A stretch of DNA of 64,000 nucleotides. It comes from the human T2T-CHM13v2.0 reference genome, Homo sapiens. The position numbers were made by a program, and so were the translations under genes. The notes below the pieces were generated by a model that was not told the origin of the DNA, ran no database searches, and was given only the letters and a program-made list of their open reading frames with translations. The stretch lies in the NCBI RefSeq assembly GCF_009914755.1, contig NC_060930.1; one strand, 5' to 3'. Each line of letters starts with the position of its first letter. The first letter of the stretch is position 1. Positions 13,963 to 26,400 of the stretch are shown in pieces.

Positions 13963-16179
13963 CCTGGACTTCTGACTCCAGAGTCATCTTTTTCTGTGAT
14001 GCCTCTAGCAACTTTGTCACTTCACAGTGGCTTACCTGGTGACATGTAAACCAGAAATCCTCATCTTGCCCATTGATTACCTGGATGATCCCAGGTGGTG
14101 GAGTGGAACCAAGCTTCTCACTGGCACCCCTGTTTCCCCAACATTGCTGGAACTTAGAAGTATGAGACTGAGTCTCGACTAAAGCTGACAGAGAAAATCC
14201 CTGTGGACTTCCAGAAGGCTACTCCATACTTCCCCAGAAGGAGAAATTACAGCTGGTGTCCCCACCCCAAGTCTCCAGCCTTAATAAAAAGTCTTTGGGG
14301 CCTTAGCGAGATGTGCCCCACAGCAGGTACATAGCACAGTGGAAAGGGCTGGATGTAGAAGACTACATTTCTTAGTCTTTGCTTTGGATAACTTTGTAAA
14401 ATCTACGCAATCTGTTTGAGACTAGTTTTACTATCTATAAAATGGGTTTAACGTTATTGTCTTCTGCATCCCCTCTTGTAGATGTCATGTTTCAACAGCG
14501 TGAAAAAAAAAATTAGAAAATATAAAATCCAAGGCAGGTTCATTTTGATCTGGGCTCTGACCAAGGAGCTGCCTTTCCTCCCTGTCCACCCCTATTTCCT
14601 CCTCTATACCATTCTCTTCCTCTGCCTGTGGGGACTCAACCCACCCTTCCAGGAGAATCCAGACCCTCTTGGGAAACAGCCGAGTCAAAGAATCTTCTCT
14701 CACAGGTCCTGTTCCTGGCATGCCCCACTCCCTTTAGAGAACACCTGTCCCTAACAGCTTCTCCCTTTAAGAACACCACTTCCCACTAGCTTCTCCCCAT
14801 GGCCCCAGATCCTGAGATGTCGATTTCATTAGCAAATTTTTCTCCACCCCACAGTAGAGATGGCTGTCTTTTCATGGGGTAGGCCACAGCCCCACTGAGG
14901 TGTGGAGTGGTAAGGTCCTGATGGGGTGAAAACTTGCTGAATCTGCCCTCTTGTCCTTTCCCCAGATAGGAGACAGAGCAGCAGTAAAAGATGCAGCCCC
15001 CTGCCCCAGCCCTGCAAAACTCAGTAGGGTGGTCCAGTCTCCCAGGACAGGACATGTGTCTAACAATCATGGAAGAACATGGCATGGGAAAGGGAGCCTG
15101 CAGATAGGGCGCGACAGGGGCTGGGGTGGCTGTCATCTCTCCATCTTCAGGGTCTCTCTCCTTATAGCCCCTCACTTTTCTACACAAGGATGGGGGCAGC
15201 ATAACAAGCAACACAAGGCATGGCTGCATCCCGGCTGACTGCCTTAGGAGCATGCCTGCTCTTCCCCTGGCTCTCCTGGGGATCATTCCAACATCACGCC
15301 TGGTGACAGATGTTCTTGACAACTCTTAGAGACAAGTGTTTGTGAATGTCACTTGGGCTGATAATGACATGCAGGGCATTTAACTTTCCATGTCACCCCA
15401 GGGATGAAGCCAAGCTGGGGTGAACTGTTGCTCCCTCCAGGGTGGCAGAGGAGGCTGCCTTTCTGACTTCCCTCTCCCAAACTTCCCCTACCCCTCATTG
15501 ACTTCTCTCCCCTTTGTTGCTGTCACCATTAGTGCCAGCCCCTTCCTGACAGGCTGGGCCCTGGCATTGAGGGACATGATAGTCAGCCCTCCCTAGTCAC
15601 AAAGGAAACAGGCCAGGCCCTGCTGGTGGACTGTCTGTCTCCAGTGTGTCACAGCGCCTGCCTGCAGGGCTCAGCTGTGTGTACTCAGGAAGAGCAAGCA
15701 GCTTGGGAGTGCAGCCAGGACTGTTAAATAATGATGGAGCTTATTAGCTGAAAAAAGCGCAAAGCACTGTTTTATACAGCCTAATTCAAATCTGGTCTGA
15801 GTTATCCATGATTTGGGGTGATCCATGCCTCTGCTCCTCCTTCCTGGTATGTAGACTAGACCCTGATGTTTTCAGACATTGCTCTTAGCTCTTTGGGGTT
15901 TCTGTGAAACCTCGAGGTGGGTCACTGGTGACCTGTCAATGGCCTATGTCCAGGTCTGGTTGGGTTCTCTGGGCCTCTGCCAAGATTTTTGTCTCTGACC
16001 CCAGGCCCTGGAGCTTAAATGCACCTTAACTCCAGGAGGCAAGCTGACACAGTGCCCCCAACTAGTAAAAGTAGGTGAATTTAGCAACAGTGGAAGCCAT
16101 ATTATGTTGATCATGGGATTCTGAAAGTCTCAAGTAGATCCACACACGATGAGAGCTGGGATAATTTAAGTTAAATGTT

Positions 16180-17555
16180 TTCACTCCTGCCTGAAAGTCA
16201 GACTGCCTGCTTCGTATCCCTGGAATGGAGTCAGCCAGGTTCTACTGAACCCTTTTGGTATGGGCAGCTCACTACTTTGTGGCAGCTTTTACTTTAATCT
16301 GCTGTTGGGCAGCTTTGATCTTTATTTCCAGTCTGTCCAGTTCACCAAATGTTGACCCTATAGCTACTTTGGACCAGGACTTACCAAGGGCTGAGGACAT
16401 GGAGATGAGCATGCATGAATATCACATGCTAGCGAGAGGAAGATAGATACAAAGCCAAATCATTTCGGAGCCAGATGGAGAGCAATGAGAGACATGTGTA
16501 AGGCTGTTGCTGTTGGAATTTTGTTTTTGTAACGGGCCAATGCCTACTTCCATGCACGCATGTGTCTATATGTGTGCGTGTATGTCTTTTCCTCTTTTCC
16601 ACCCACAAATACTTCGAATAAGTTAAAGGAGCCATGAGTTCTTTTCTAAGTCCTCTAATCTCCAAGGTAAACTTCTCCCATTTCACATGAGCTTCCAGAA
16701 CCTCATTCTCATCAGCCCTCCTCTGGATACACTGCAGCCTGTAAACATGAATCCCAAGACTGTGCCATCCCAGATTAAACATATTAAAGCTCTGCTCTGA
16801 CCAGCTAGAATGACTCAGCAGAACCATAACCTCTCATGATCTGACCACTATACTTCCATTAGCGCAACTAAAAATGACAGGGGTCTCTCACCAGCTCCAT
16901 CACATTGTGGCCATAACATCCTCAAGATCAACTACAACTCTGAACCTAGGCACACAGAATTTCAGATGAGCCAGATTTTCCTTACCTTGAACTTGTGCAA
17001 TTGCAATTGATTCCTTGAACCAAAGTGAAGATAGATGATTAATTGATTGATAGTTTTGTTGACATGACAATTGGCCAAGCCTATTTTCTGTGTAGTTATC
17101 AATCTTAATTAGAAAATACACTGGCAGTACAGAAATGGAACAGATGTTGAGGCAGAAGCCAAAGGCTTTCTGGCATATTTACATCAATTTATTAATCAGT
17201 CTGGTTATTTGACCAGTTACAAGTTCACTCCATCAGTTTACATTTCTCCCTTGTGTCCCAAGACAGCATGAGAGTTCGCCAAATGTCCTGTATGACTGTG
17301 ACGTGCTCTGTTTATGGTAGTGACTCACAGCCAGCAGAAACTCCTAGGACTTTTTCCAACTGGACCTGTCACTCCAGAGATGCTGGTCCAGCCGAGAGTC
17401 ACTATGCAAGGGGGCATGTCCCTGAGAAGCACCTGCCCTCATGAATGGCAAGGAGGCAGACAAAAAGGTTGAGAACTACTGGTCCACAGCATCTCCTGAA
17501 GACATGGTTCAATGACTTGGCAGGATTTGCCCTTAGTGAACCCATGTTAGGTTAG
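16180..17555 (-). mobile_element. L3/CR1 LINE relic (ORF2 RT region to 3' end), fragmented
   Basis: gccctcctctggatacactgcag, accactatacttccattagcgca, catttctcccttgtgtcc...atgagag and cttagtgaacccatg match CR1/L3 in reverse. ORF 16429-16827 retains LQCIQRRA and FTLEIRGLRKEL. Confidence 0.7.
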
Positions 17556-17879
17556 CATTCTTTTCCAAGGGCTCACAGCTACCTACTGAGAAAGTCTTTC
17601 CAGAGTTGTATAGGGACTCCATGTCCAGCCTAGCATGCTAAGCATTACAGAGTTTATTCCCTGAAAAGCAGAATATTCACCCCTTTCCTGTCTTAGGCAT
17701 CTCTCTGTCCATGCTATCTCAGAATCACCACCATAGGCTTGAGAACCTCATCTACTTGCTCCTTTAGTCCTTACTCACCTACATGGGGCCCATCAGAGCC
17801 TGGTGACCCAGAACTCATAGACGGCACTGTGATGCAGGCCTGTTGGGCTTTGGCATTCCTCTCCATAGTATTGGTCTTG

Positions 17880-18100
17880 TTAGGTTGAGGCTCTGGGCAA
17901 ACATACAGGCTGCCTGCATTCAGATTCCATCTCTGCTACTTACCCCCTGTTTAACACCTTGAGCAAGTTTCTTCTATCTAAAGTGAAATAATAGTTTTTA
18001 CCTCCTAAGGGTTTGTGAGAACTAAATGAGTTAGTGCACATAGGACCCTTAGAATAGTGACCAGCACAAATAATCCATCAATGCAGGTGTGTACTATTAT
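17880..18100 (+). mobile_element. MIR SINE
   Basis: ggctctggg...ctctgctacttacc...cttgagcaagtt...tgtgagaactaaatgagttag...cttagaatagtg. Confidence 0.75.
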
Positions 18101-18479
18101 TGCTGCTGTTGCTGCTGCTGCTTTTCTCCTTGCTGGGGAAGATGGAGGCAAGTTGCAAGTTGCAAGTCTTTGCTTCTTATCTATTCTCATTGTAACCTCT
18201 TTCCCAATCAACATTTTTTCTTCTTGGACATAAACATGGACTAAAAAGCCCTCTATGGCTGCATTTAGCTTTCTCTGTACAGCATGTGCTCCTCTTTAAT
18301 ACTCATCTTCAGATACAGACCTCTCCTCCCTTCTTTTATATACCTTCCTGTTAAAATGAGCAGGGCAGAGAGGCCTGTGCCCACTGGTGTCCATGCTTTC
18401 TAATGAGGACAATTCATTTTCTAAAAATCCAGATTCTTTATTAGAGTCTCCTATTTCTCTCAAGCCATAACCCCTTTTA

Positions 18480-18722
18480 GGACAGTGGGCAGCATGACCA
18501 CAGGGGTTGAGTCTGGGTGCTGAAGCCAGAGGCCGGAGTTCAAATCACAGCCCTGCCTCTTTCTGCTGTGTGATCTTGGAAGAATTTTATTTTTTAATTC
18601 TCTTGGTCTTTTATGCTTCTTCATATATCCAGAAGGATTAAATGAGATACTGCCTGTAAAAGCTAAGCATCAAACACATAGTAGCCTGGCAGTAATGTTT
18701 GTCAGTGATTGCTATTACCATT
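18480..18722 (+). mobile_element. MIR SINE
   Basis: gagttcaaatcacagccctgcc...gctgtgtgatcttgg...aggattaaatgagata. Confidence 0.65.
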
Positions 18723-19389
18723 ATCTGGCTACAGACTCAACGCTTACTTTTTTCTCAAAAATTTTGGAAATTTGTCTTCTTAAAGAGAAGACTGAATTGT
18801 ATATCTAAACTTCCTCTTCCATTTTATTCCCCAGGATGGTGGATGTGATGCTAGTCTTATTTTATACTACTATTATCCTCACTGCTACTACTCTGCTACT
18901 AGTACTACTACTAGTATTGATAATAATAATCTGTATTCCTTGAGTGTTTACTACTATGTGCTCCCACTATTTGGAGGATTTCCACACTGTATCTCCTCTT
19001 ATCTGCATAACCAGCCCTGAGAAGTCACCATTGTTAGCTGCATTTTTTTTATTCCAAGTTTTCTGATGTTTCCATTTAATTTACATTATTCTTAGAAAGT
19101 TAGTGTCTCCAGGTTCTCAATCATCAAATAAAAGTAATTTGAATTCCCACCTGAGTGATTACAGGAGTCTACCCCAAGCCCTGTCCTCCTCCTCCCAGTA
19201 TCTTTGAGACCCCTGGCAAGCTGCGCCATTTTGGCAATGCTAGTGTGTTGCCTTCTGGCATCCAACATCTTCTCTCCCCCTCACGAACTGCGTTTCCCTG
19301 TGCAAACTGCAGAGCTGGTAGCTTTTTGCCTTTACACTTTTTATCAAAATCATGACCATATAATAAATTCACAAGTAAAGAAATATATT

Positions 19390-20000
19390 TATTTTCAAAA
19401 GGTCAACCTCATAAGTTAGCAAAGAAATGCAAATTAAAGCAAGTGCCATTTTTCACCTCTCAAATTGGCAAAGATGAAAGTAATTATATATTCAATATTG
19501 GCAAAAGTGTGATCAAAATGAGTACTTCCACTGGTGAAAGGGTAAATATTTATATGTAATGTATAAAGATTATAATTTACCCATAAACCAGTAATTCAAC
19601 TCCTAGAAAAATATGCTAAGGAAATCACTGAAGTTGCACAAATATATTTACGGGCAAAAATATCCCTCACTGTATTACTTTTAATAATGAAAAATGAGAA
19701 ACCACCTGAATGTTCCATAATAGGAGATTAGTTAAATAAATTATAATACAGCCAAATAAAAAATATTTTAATACCATGGGAACTAAGCAAGCTGTAATGT
19801 TGAGTGGGAAGAATTAAGATACAGAATATACACTGGATTGATTATAAATACCATTTGAATGAACTCAGACACCTTCCAAATTTCTCTTATTAACTTTGGA
19901 TGGTGGGATTACAGGTAATTTTTATTTCCTTCTTCATAATTTTCTCTACTTTCCAAATTTTCAGTAAAGACTATGACTTTTATAGTGAGAAAAATACATA
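19390..20000 (+). mobile_element. Old L1M (L1ME-like) 3' fragment
   Basis: aagaaatgcaaattaaa...aaattggcaaagat...ccagtaattcaactcctag...aatgttccataataggagattagttaaataaatta. Confidence 0.75.
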
Positions 20001-20289
20001 TATGCATATTTAAGTTTGACTATATGCCCCTATCTATATATTCCTATATATGTGCACATATGCATGTGGGTAACTTCCGATGCTGCTTTCTCTCCATCCT
20101 GAGATGTGACACTGCTATCCAGACCAGGCCAGCAGCTGCCAAGTAAGGGGAGTTCCCCAGCTCTGCTACGGTTTCCACAACATACCCACCCTCAGTCACA
20201 TTGACTCTATTCTTCCCCATGTACTCTTCTCTCCCAGAGCTTCCAATCCAGAGACTCATCAACTCAGACAGTCAGAGCTGGAGGAGACC

Positions 20290-20430
20290 TCCAGGATGGA
20301 TCAAGTATTTTTGATCTCTCTTGCACCATGGGCCCTTTGGCTGTGTGATGAAACTCATGGGATCCCATCTCCAAACAATCATTTTACATGCATAAAATAA
20401 AACACACAGAATTTCAAAGGACACCATACA
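20290..20430 (+). mobile_element. MER103-like hAT MITE fragment
   Basis: ctttggctgtgtgatgaaactcatggg...atgcataaaataaaacacacagaatttcaaagga. Confidence 0.5.
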
Positions 20431-21628
20431 TTCCTTGAGCGGTAAGGTTTTAGGCCATGTCCTTCATGTTTCATATAAGGGAACTCATCTGTGGTCAGCA
20501 TTTTGGCCCCTGGCCTTCTGTCACTCTGTGACCTTCTTTCCTCTGAATGACTTATGTGATTCTATTGCAGCTTTCCACATTTAACCTCCCTTTCTACCAG
20601 ACCTAGGAAATGACCCCTTGATTTTCAGAGAACTTTTCAAGGTCAGTACCATTGTCTTCACTTCTAGATGCAGAGACTAAGGCCCAGGGGGTTCAGCACA
20701 GGTGAGAGGGCTGATGCTACCTGTAAGACCCAGGGGGCTCACATGATGTGGTCTGACTCAGTCAGCGCTCAATTGGGAAAGGGAAGCTCTTCTCCCTCTA
20801 GGGCTCTAAGTAGGCTCTAGGGCTGCTTAGAGGACCCAGCAGAGGTCTCCCAGGGGAAAGAGACTCCCTGACGGTGAAGCCAACCCAGAGAAAAATAGAA
20901 CTTAGGGAAGGTAAGAAACTGAGAATACAGATTTGTAGGGGACCTTTGATCCAGCTGAACCTGAAGCAGGTTCCTGACTTGTTAATGACATGAGTCAACA
21001 CACTCTCCCTCCCTTTCTCTCTCTCTTTTTTTTTTAAAAGCCAGTTTGATTCAGTTACCAAAACTGAATAAGTGCATTTAGTGAGTGTCCAAACTAAGTC
21101 AGGTATTAATTATCCTTATCTTACAGATGAGAAAACTGAGGGAGGCCAGGAGAATGAAATGACTAGCAAGTGGAAAAGCCATGATTTGAATCTCACTCTT
21201 TCTGACCTCAGAGCCTTAACCATGACTGCATATGAGTCCAGGTGAAGGTCAAATGCATGCCTCTTTTGGGGAGTCAGAACCTTCAGCCAAGAGGTCTATT
21301 CATTGTCCTTGTATATCCTCCAACTGGGCTTAGAACAGAACATTCATAAGCTCATAGCCATAAGACCACTGACCACAGCCACCCAGCCGGGAGGTGTGGT
21401 CTTTCTTTACACATATCTCTCAGGCTGCCCGTGTGGATTCTTTTCTTCTTAGCCTTGTAGTTGATGTTCTTTTTATCTCCTCTTACCTGCACGAATGGCA
21501 CAGTTTGCCCCAGAATCCCCACAGACACCTTTGGGGAAGAGGGGTATAGGTGGGAGCAGCCCCAAGACCTCCCCATCCCCTCCTCCTTCCCCAGCCAGAC
21601 ACCCTCCCTGCCTTTGCCACAGCCGCTC

Positions 21629-21637
21629 GCTCACCTG
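21629..21637 (-). promoter_or_regulatory. Splice donor CAG|GTGAGC
   Basis: Near-consensus 5' splice site exactly where the coding homology stops, mid-FN3. Confidence 0.9.
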
Positions 21638-23034
21638 TAAATCAGTACCTCATCGTCAGAGCAGTTGTACTGCAGCTGGTACATCTTCACCCGGGGTGCT
21701 GACTTGCTGACAGACCACTTGACCAGGGCCGAGGTGGTGGTCACTTCAGACACAAGCACAGCCCGTTCCGGGGGGCTTTTGGGAGGCTCTCCGCCCCCAC
21801 TGCCTCCACCTCCCCGGCTGGTCTTGCTGGAGCCAGTGATGTCTGAGAGGCGGGACTTGGGGGGTGCAGTGCGGCTGGTGCTGTTGCTGAGGTGTGGCAG
21901 CTGGACGATGGAGACCTCCACCATGGCCGTGGCCTCTCCGGCAGCATTGGCAGCAATGCAGGTGAAGGCACCACTGTCCTGAGATGTGGTGATGAAGATG
22001 TCCAGGGTGCCATTGTCATAGACAGCGGTCCTTGAGGAGTTCCCTACCAGGCGGTCATCGGGGGCTACCCAGTGGATAAGGGGGCTGGGGTCCCCAATGG
22101 CTTTGCACTTGAGTGTGGCCGCCTGGCCCTCCAGAACCAGCAACTTGTGTGTGTGCTGGGTGATGAGAGGCGGCTCGCACACAAACTCCTCCTCACGCAC
22201 ATGCCAGAAGTAGCGACCCTTGAGGCCCCCTGGGGAGCCACAGGTTTCCAGGTCATCGTCCCGCTCGAGCCTCCGCAGCCAGAGAAGCTCACAATTGCAG
22301 TGAAGTGGGTTACCCCCAAAACTAAAGGACAAGGGTGGGGCAAAGGGTGTGGCTGTCAAAGCCGAAGCCTGGGAGCGGGCAAAGATGGGATCAGGGGGCA
22401 GCTTCTGCAGCCGATTGGAGGTGAGATCCAGGCGGGCCAGTTTCTGCAGGTCTGCAAAGGTGCCCTCGGCGATGTGATCCAGCAGGTTGTGGTCCAGGCT
22501 CAGCTGGTGGAGGTTGACCATGCGTCGCACGGAGTCCCACGGCAGGCCATGGAGGTTGTTGTAGGAGAGGTCCAGATCCTCCAATGTCAGCAGGAAGTCC
22601 TCAAAAGCCTCATCTGCGATGCCGCCCAGCTGGTTGTTGTTCACGATAAGGTGCTGCAGGTTGACCAGGCCCCGGAGGGTGTCCTCCCCAAGGCTTGGCA
22701 GCCGATTGCTGTCAAGATGCAGGGAGCGGAGGCTCTCGAGGTCCAGAAAGGAAAAGGGCTGGATGTGGCTGATGGTGTTCCTGGACAGGGTCAGGTCCAC
22801 CAGCCCCGTCATGTTGGCAAAGTCCTGGCGGCTGATGTGGATGATGAAGTTGCCGCCCAGGCGCAGCTCCACTGTCCGCCGGTCAATATCAGGGGGTACA
22901 AAGAGCAGCCCCTTGGAGGGGCACAGGGTCCCCAGTGACTCAGACAGATTCTGGCAGACACAGTACTTGGGGCAGGCGTCGACCACGGCAAACGCCATGC
23001 CAAACGCTAGCAGGCCACCAAGCAGGGTCTCCAT
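21635..23034 (-). CDS. LRFN2: LRFN2/SALM1 first coding exon, CDS part (466 codons + 2 nt, phase-2 donor): signal peptide, LRRNT, LRRs, LRRCT, Ig domain, Gly/Ser linker, start of FN3. The rest of FN3, the TM segment and the PDZ-binding tail lie in a downstream exon outside the window.
   Basis: [67 protein letters not shown]... recognised as LRFN2. LxxLxLxxN repeats, [14 protein letters not shown], Ig cysteines (LKCKAIGDP...FTCIAAN). Strong Kozak accATGG. The ORF-track stop at 21631-21633 is inside the donor TACAG|GTGAG, so the exon ends at 21635. Confidence 0.97.
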
Positions 23035-23052
23035 GGTCTGGTCACTCAGCGC
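23035..23052 (-). other. LRFN2: 5'UTR part of the same exon (18 nt, GCGCTGAGTGACCAGACC)
   Basis: Lies between acceptor ...tttctcccttccAG and the ATG at 23034. Confidence 0.85.
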
Positions 23053-23085
23053 CTGGAAGGGAGAAACACAAGCTCAGGGTCAGGA
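23053..23085 (-). promoter_or_regulatory. Splice acceptor: polypyrimidine tract, AG at 23054-23053, candidate branch point CTGAC (A at 23080)
   Basis: Minus strand reads cctcctgAccctgagcttgtgtttctcccttccAG|GCG. Confidence 0.85.
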
Positions 23086-23164
23086 GGCAAATTCCTAATG
23101 CACTCACCCAGAGCTTCCTCCCTCACATTAACCCTCACTGCCTTAGGGAGTGGCATAGAATGGC

Positions 23165-23473
23165 AAGTGCTCAAGCAAGACCTAATCTCTTCCATGAATC
23201 CCTCTAATGCAGTTTTACTGTTTCTCTTTTCCTTAGCTTTATCACCTTCTAACACACTATTTAGTTTACTTATTTATGATGTTTATTTATTGTTTCCTGT
23301 TTCAGTCCTCTATGGTCAGCTCCAAAGAGGGCAGGTACTTTTGCCTGTTTTACTAATTGCTGTATCCCAATTACCTAGCTCAATGCCTGGAACACAGTAG
23401 CTGCTCAATAACTATCTGTTGGATGGATGGATGGATGGATGGGTGGATGGATGGATGGATGGATGGATGAATG
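23165..23473 (+). mobile_element. L2 3' end with (GGAT)n tail
   Basis: agctccaaagagggcagg...gctgtatcccaattacctag...tgcctggaacacagtagctgctcaataac. Confidence 0.8.
23421..23468 (+). repeat. (GGAT)~12 tetranucleotide microsatellite with one GGGT interruption
   Basis: Seen directly. Confidence 0.95.
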
Positions 23474-23889
23474 CGATACCATATCATTGGCTTATCCAAT
23501 AATTGAGTTTGAAAGGATATTATGGCTGTTTTTTGAGGCATAATTTTACATTCTTAATTGGTTTAGGCTTAGCATGAAATTAAATTGAACCAGCATTCCT
23601 TAAGAATGAGGTTGTAGATAAGAAGAGAGTTGGTGCTGAGAGACTCCAAGGTCAGTGGGGAACTGTTTCACCAAGGAGAATCCACATAGTTTATGAATCT
23701 TTGAGAATGTGGGAAGTGAAGAAGGAGGTGTGATGGGAGGCAAAGGAGTGAATTCTGAACCCTTCATAAGCAATTAGCCTCTATCTGGACCCTCACATAC
23801 ATCAGCTCTTTTGGGCTTTAGGAATCCCCTTCAGAAGGAAGGGATTATCTATACACAGACGAGGATTGATCATGGCCTCAGAGCCTCCT

Positions 23890-24170
23890 TTGGATCTTTA
23901 CTCACAAGTTACCTTCTCCCAGAGGCCTTCCCAGATGCTCTTCCATGATCATCCCTGCCCCGCCCCGCTGCATAGCCCTCTTCTCTGCTCTGTATTTTCT
24001 CCTTGCAACTAATCCCTATCTATGTTTTAACTATTTGTCTTCTTTATAATTTGTTCTTTTGCTCTAGCCGTAAAGCCCCAAGAAGAAGGGACCTCTTTTC
24101 ATTCACCACTGCATGCCCAAAGCCTAAAGCGCTGCCTGGCACATAGTAGGTGCTTTTACAAGAATGGCTA
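23890..24170 (+). mobile_element. L2 3' fragment
   Basis: accttctcccagaggccttcc...ttcattcaccactgca...tgcctggcacatagtaggtgct. Confidence 0.7.
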
Positions 24171-24394
24171 TCTAAGAAAGAAAGGAAGAGAAATCTGACT
24201 CAAGTCTTTGCGCCTCCAAATGTCAACAGTTTCCTCACTATCCCATGTTGTACTAAATGTGGCCTTATTGATACAGTGCTTCTTGGGGCTTTACTGATAG
24301 AGCAAAATGATAGCCAGTTGAGTTGGACTTTTGGAAAATCATGCAGCACACTGATTGTGTAGCATTATGCAGACCAGCATTTCTCAAATTGCCT

Positions 24395-24698
<304 letters not shown>

Positions 24699-24932
24699 CC
24701 TCAAATTGCCTGCTAAACATACTAATTAGAGTTCTGCAAAAATGGCTTCTAAGGCCAGTAAGGTGGGGAAGCATTGCCTACTCTTGCTTTCTCTCACAAT
24801 AGCTCTGTACGCATGAGCAAGTTTAGAAGAATTGAGAAATTCTGCTGCAGTGAAACACTAAATTAATGTTTAAGTTTGCATTACTCCTATTTCTTTTTAC
24901 TATAAAGACATCCCTTTCTTGAGCAATGGTTT

Positions 24933-24935
<3 letters not shown>

Positions 24936-25022
<87 letters not shown>

Positions 25023-25072
25023 TAATATATATTATATATTTTATATATATATTATGTATTTTATATATATAT

Positions 25073-25105
<33 letters not shown>
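24936..25105 (+). repeat. Compound microsatellite (TA)~19(GA)~20, AT-rich spacer, (GA)~14, occupying the AluJ tail
   Basis: Seen directly. Confidence 0.95.
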
Positions 25106-25109
<4 letters not shown>

Positions 25110-25382
25110 TTCTTGCTCTGTCACCCAGGCTGGAGTGCAGTGGCACAATCATAATTCATGACAGCCTGAAACTCCTGGGCTCAAGTGATTCTCCCACCTT
25201 GGCCTCCTGAGTAACTACAGGCACTTGCCATCATGCCTGGCTAATTATTTTTATTTTTATTTTTGTAGAGTCAGATTTTGCTATGTTGCCCAGGCTGGTC
25301 TCGAACTTCTGGCTTCAAGTGATCCTCCTGCTTCAGCCTCCCCAAATGTTGGATTTACAGGCATGAGCCACCTCGCCTGGCC
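25102..25382 (-). mobile_element. AluJ
   Basis: Dimer with J-type diagnostics (actcctgggctcaagtgat, gctatgttgcccagg). Confidence 0.9.
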
Positions 25383-25422
25383 AATATCTTGTGGAAGTAG
25401 AGCTCTATAACTCCCAGTTTGA

Positions 25423-25719
<297 letters not shown>

Positions 25720-25894
25720 TGTAATAGCTTATTTTTTTTAAAAAAGATACGTAATATATTGAAAAATCTATTCCTATCATACACTTTATTATGTATATTT
25801 GAATTCCATTATTGCGCCTCTTTAAGGGTAAATCTCCTACCTGAGACCCTTCAAGGGCCAGAGGCTTGCCCTGTATTTTTTCTGGAGAGAGCAT

Positions 25895-26187
25895 CACTGT
25901 GAAGTAGAAATATGATGTGAGCCAAAAATGTGACTTCAAATTTCCTAGTGGCCATATTTTTTAAAAAAGTAAAAAGAAACAGGTGAAATTAATTTTGATA
26001 ATGTATTTTATATAACTAGCTATATCAAAATATTATTTCAATATATCCTCAATATAATTATTAATGAGATGGCTAACTTTTTTATTTTACAAACTCTTCA
26101 AAATCTGGTGCGTATTTTACCCTCAGAGCACATTTCAAATGCTCATTAGCCATATGTGGCTATTGGCTACCATACTGGGTAGTGCTG
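25895..26187 (-). mobile_element. MER33-like hAT MITE
   Basis: aaagtaaaaagaaacaggtgaaattaatttt...cacatttcaaatgctcattagccatatgtggctattggctacc. Confidence 0.8.
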
Positions 26188-26189
26188 TG

Positions 26190-26400
26190 AACTGTAGCTC
26201 ACAGACCAAATATATCCTGTCACCTGTTTTTGTAAATAAAATTTTATTAGAACACAGCCATGCTTATTTGTTTACATATCGCATGTGGCTTCCTTTGTGC
26301 CACCATGGCAGAGGTGAGCCATTGCTGCATATAACACATGGCACTGAAGCCTAAAATATTTACTATCTTGTCCTTTACAGAAAGAGTTTGCTGACCTCTG
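26190..26400 (+). mobile_element. MER58A hAT MITE
   Basis: cctgtttttgtaaataaaattttattagaacacagccatgc...aagcctaaaatatttactatc...tttacagaaagagtttgctgacctctg. Confidence 0.85.

Noticed and set aside
21631-21634. Treating the 467-aa ORF as a complete single-exon gene
   Set aside because: The stop lies in a consensus donor and the FN3 domain is cut. The known protein continues with TM and cytoplasmic parts.
22072-22938. 288-aa antisense ORF and other ORFs overlapping the exon
   Set aside because: Shadow frames of a GC-rich, Leu-rich coding exon. No recognisable domain or independent gene signals.
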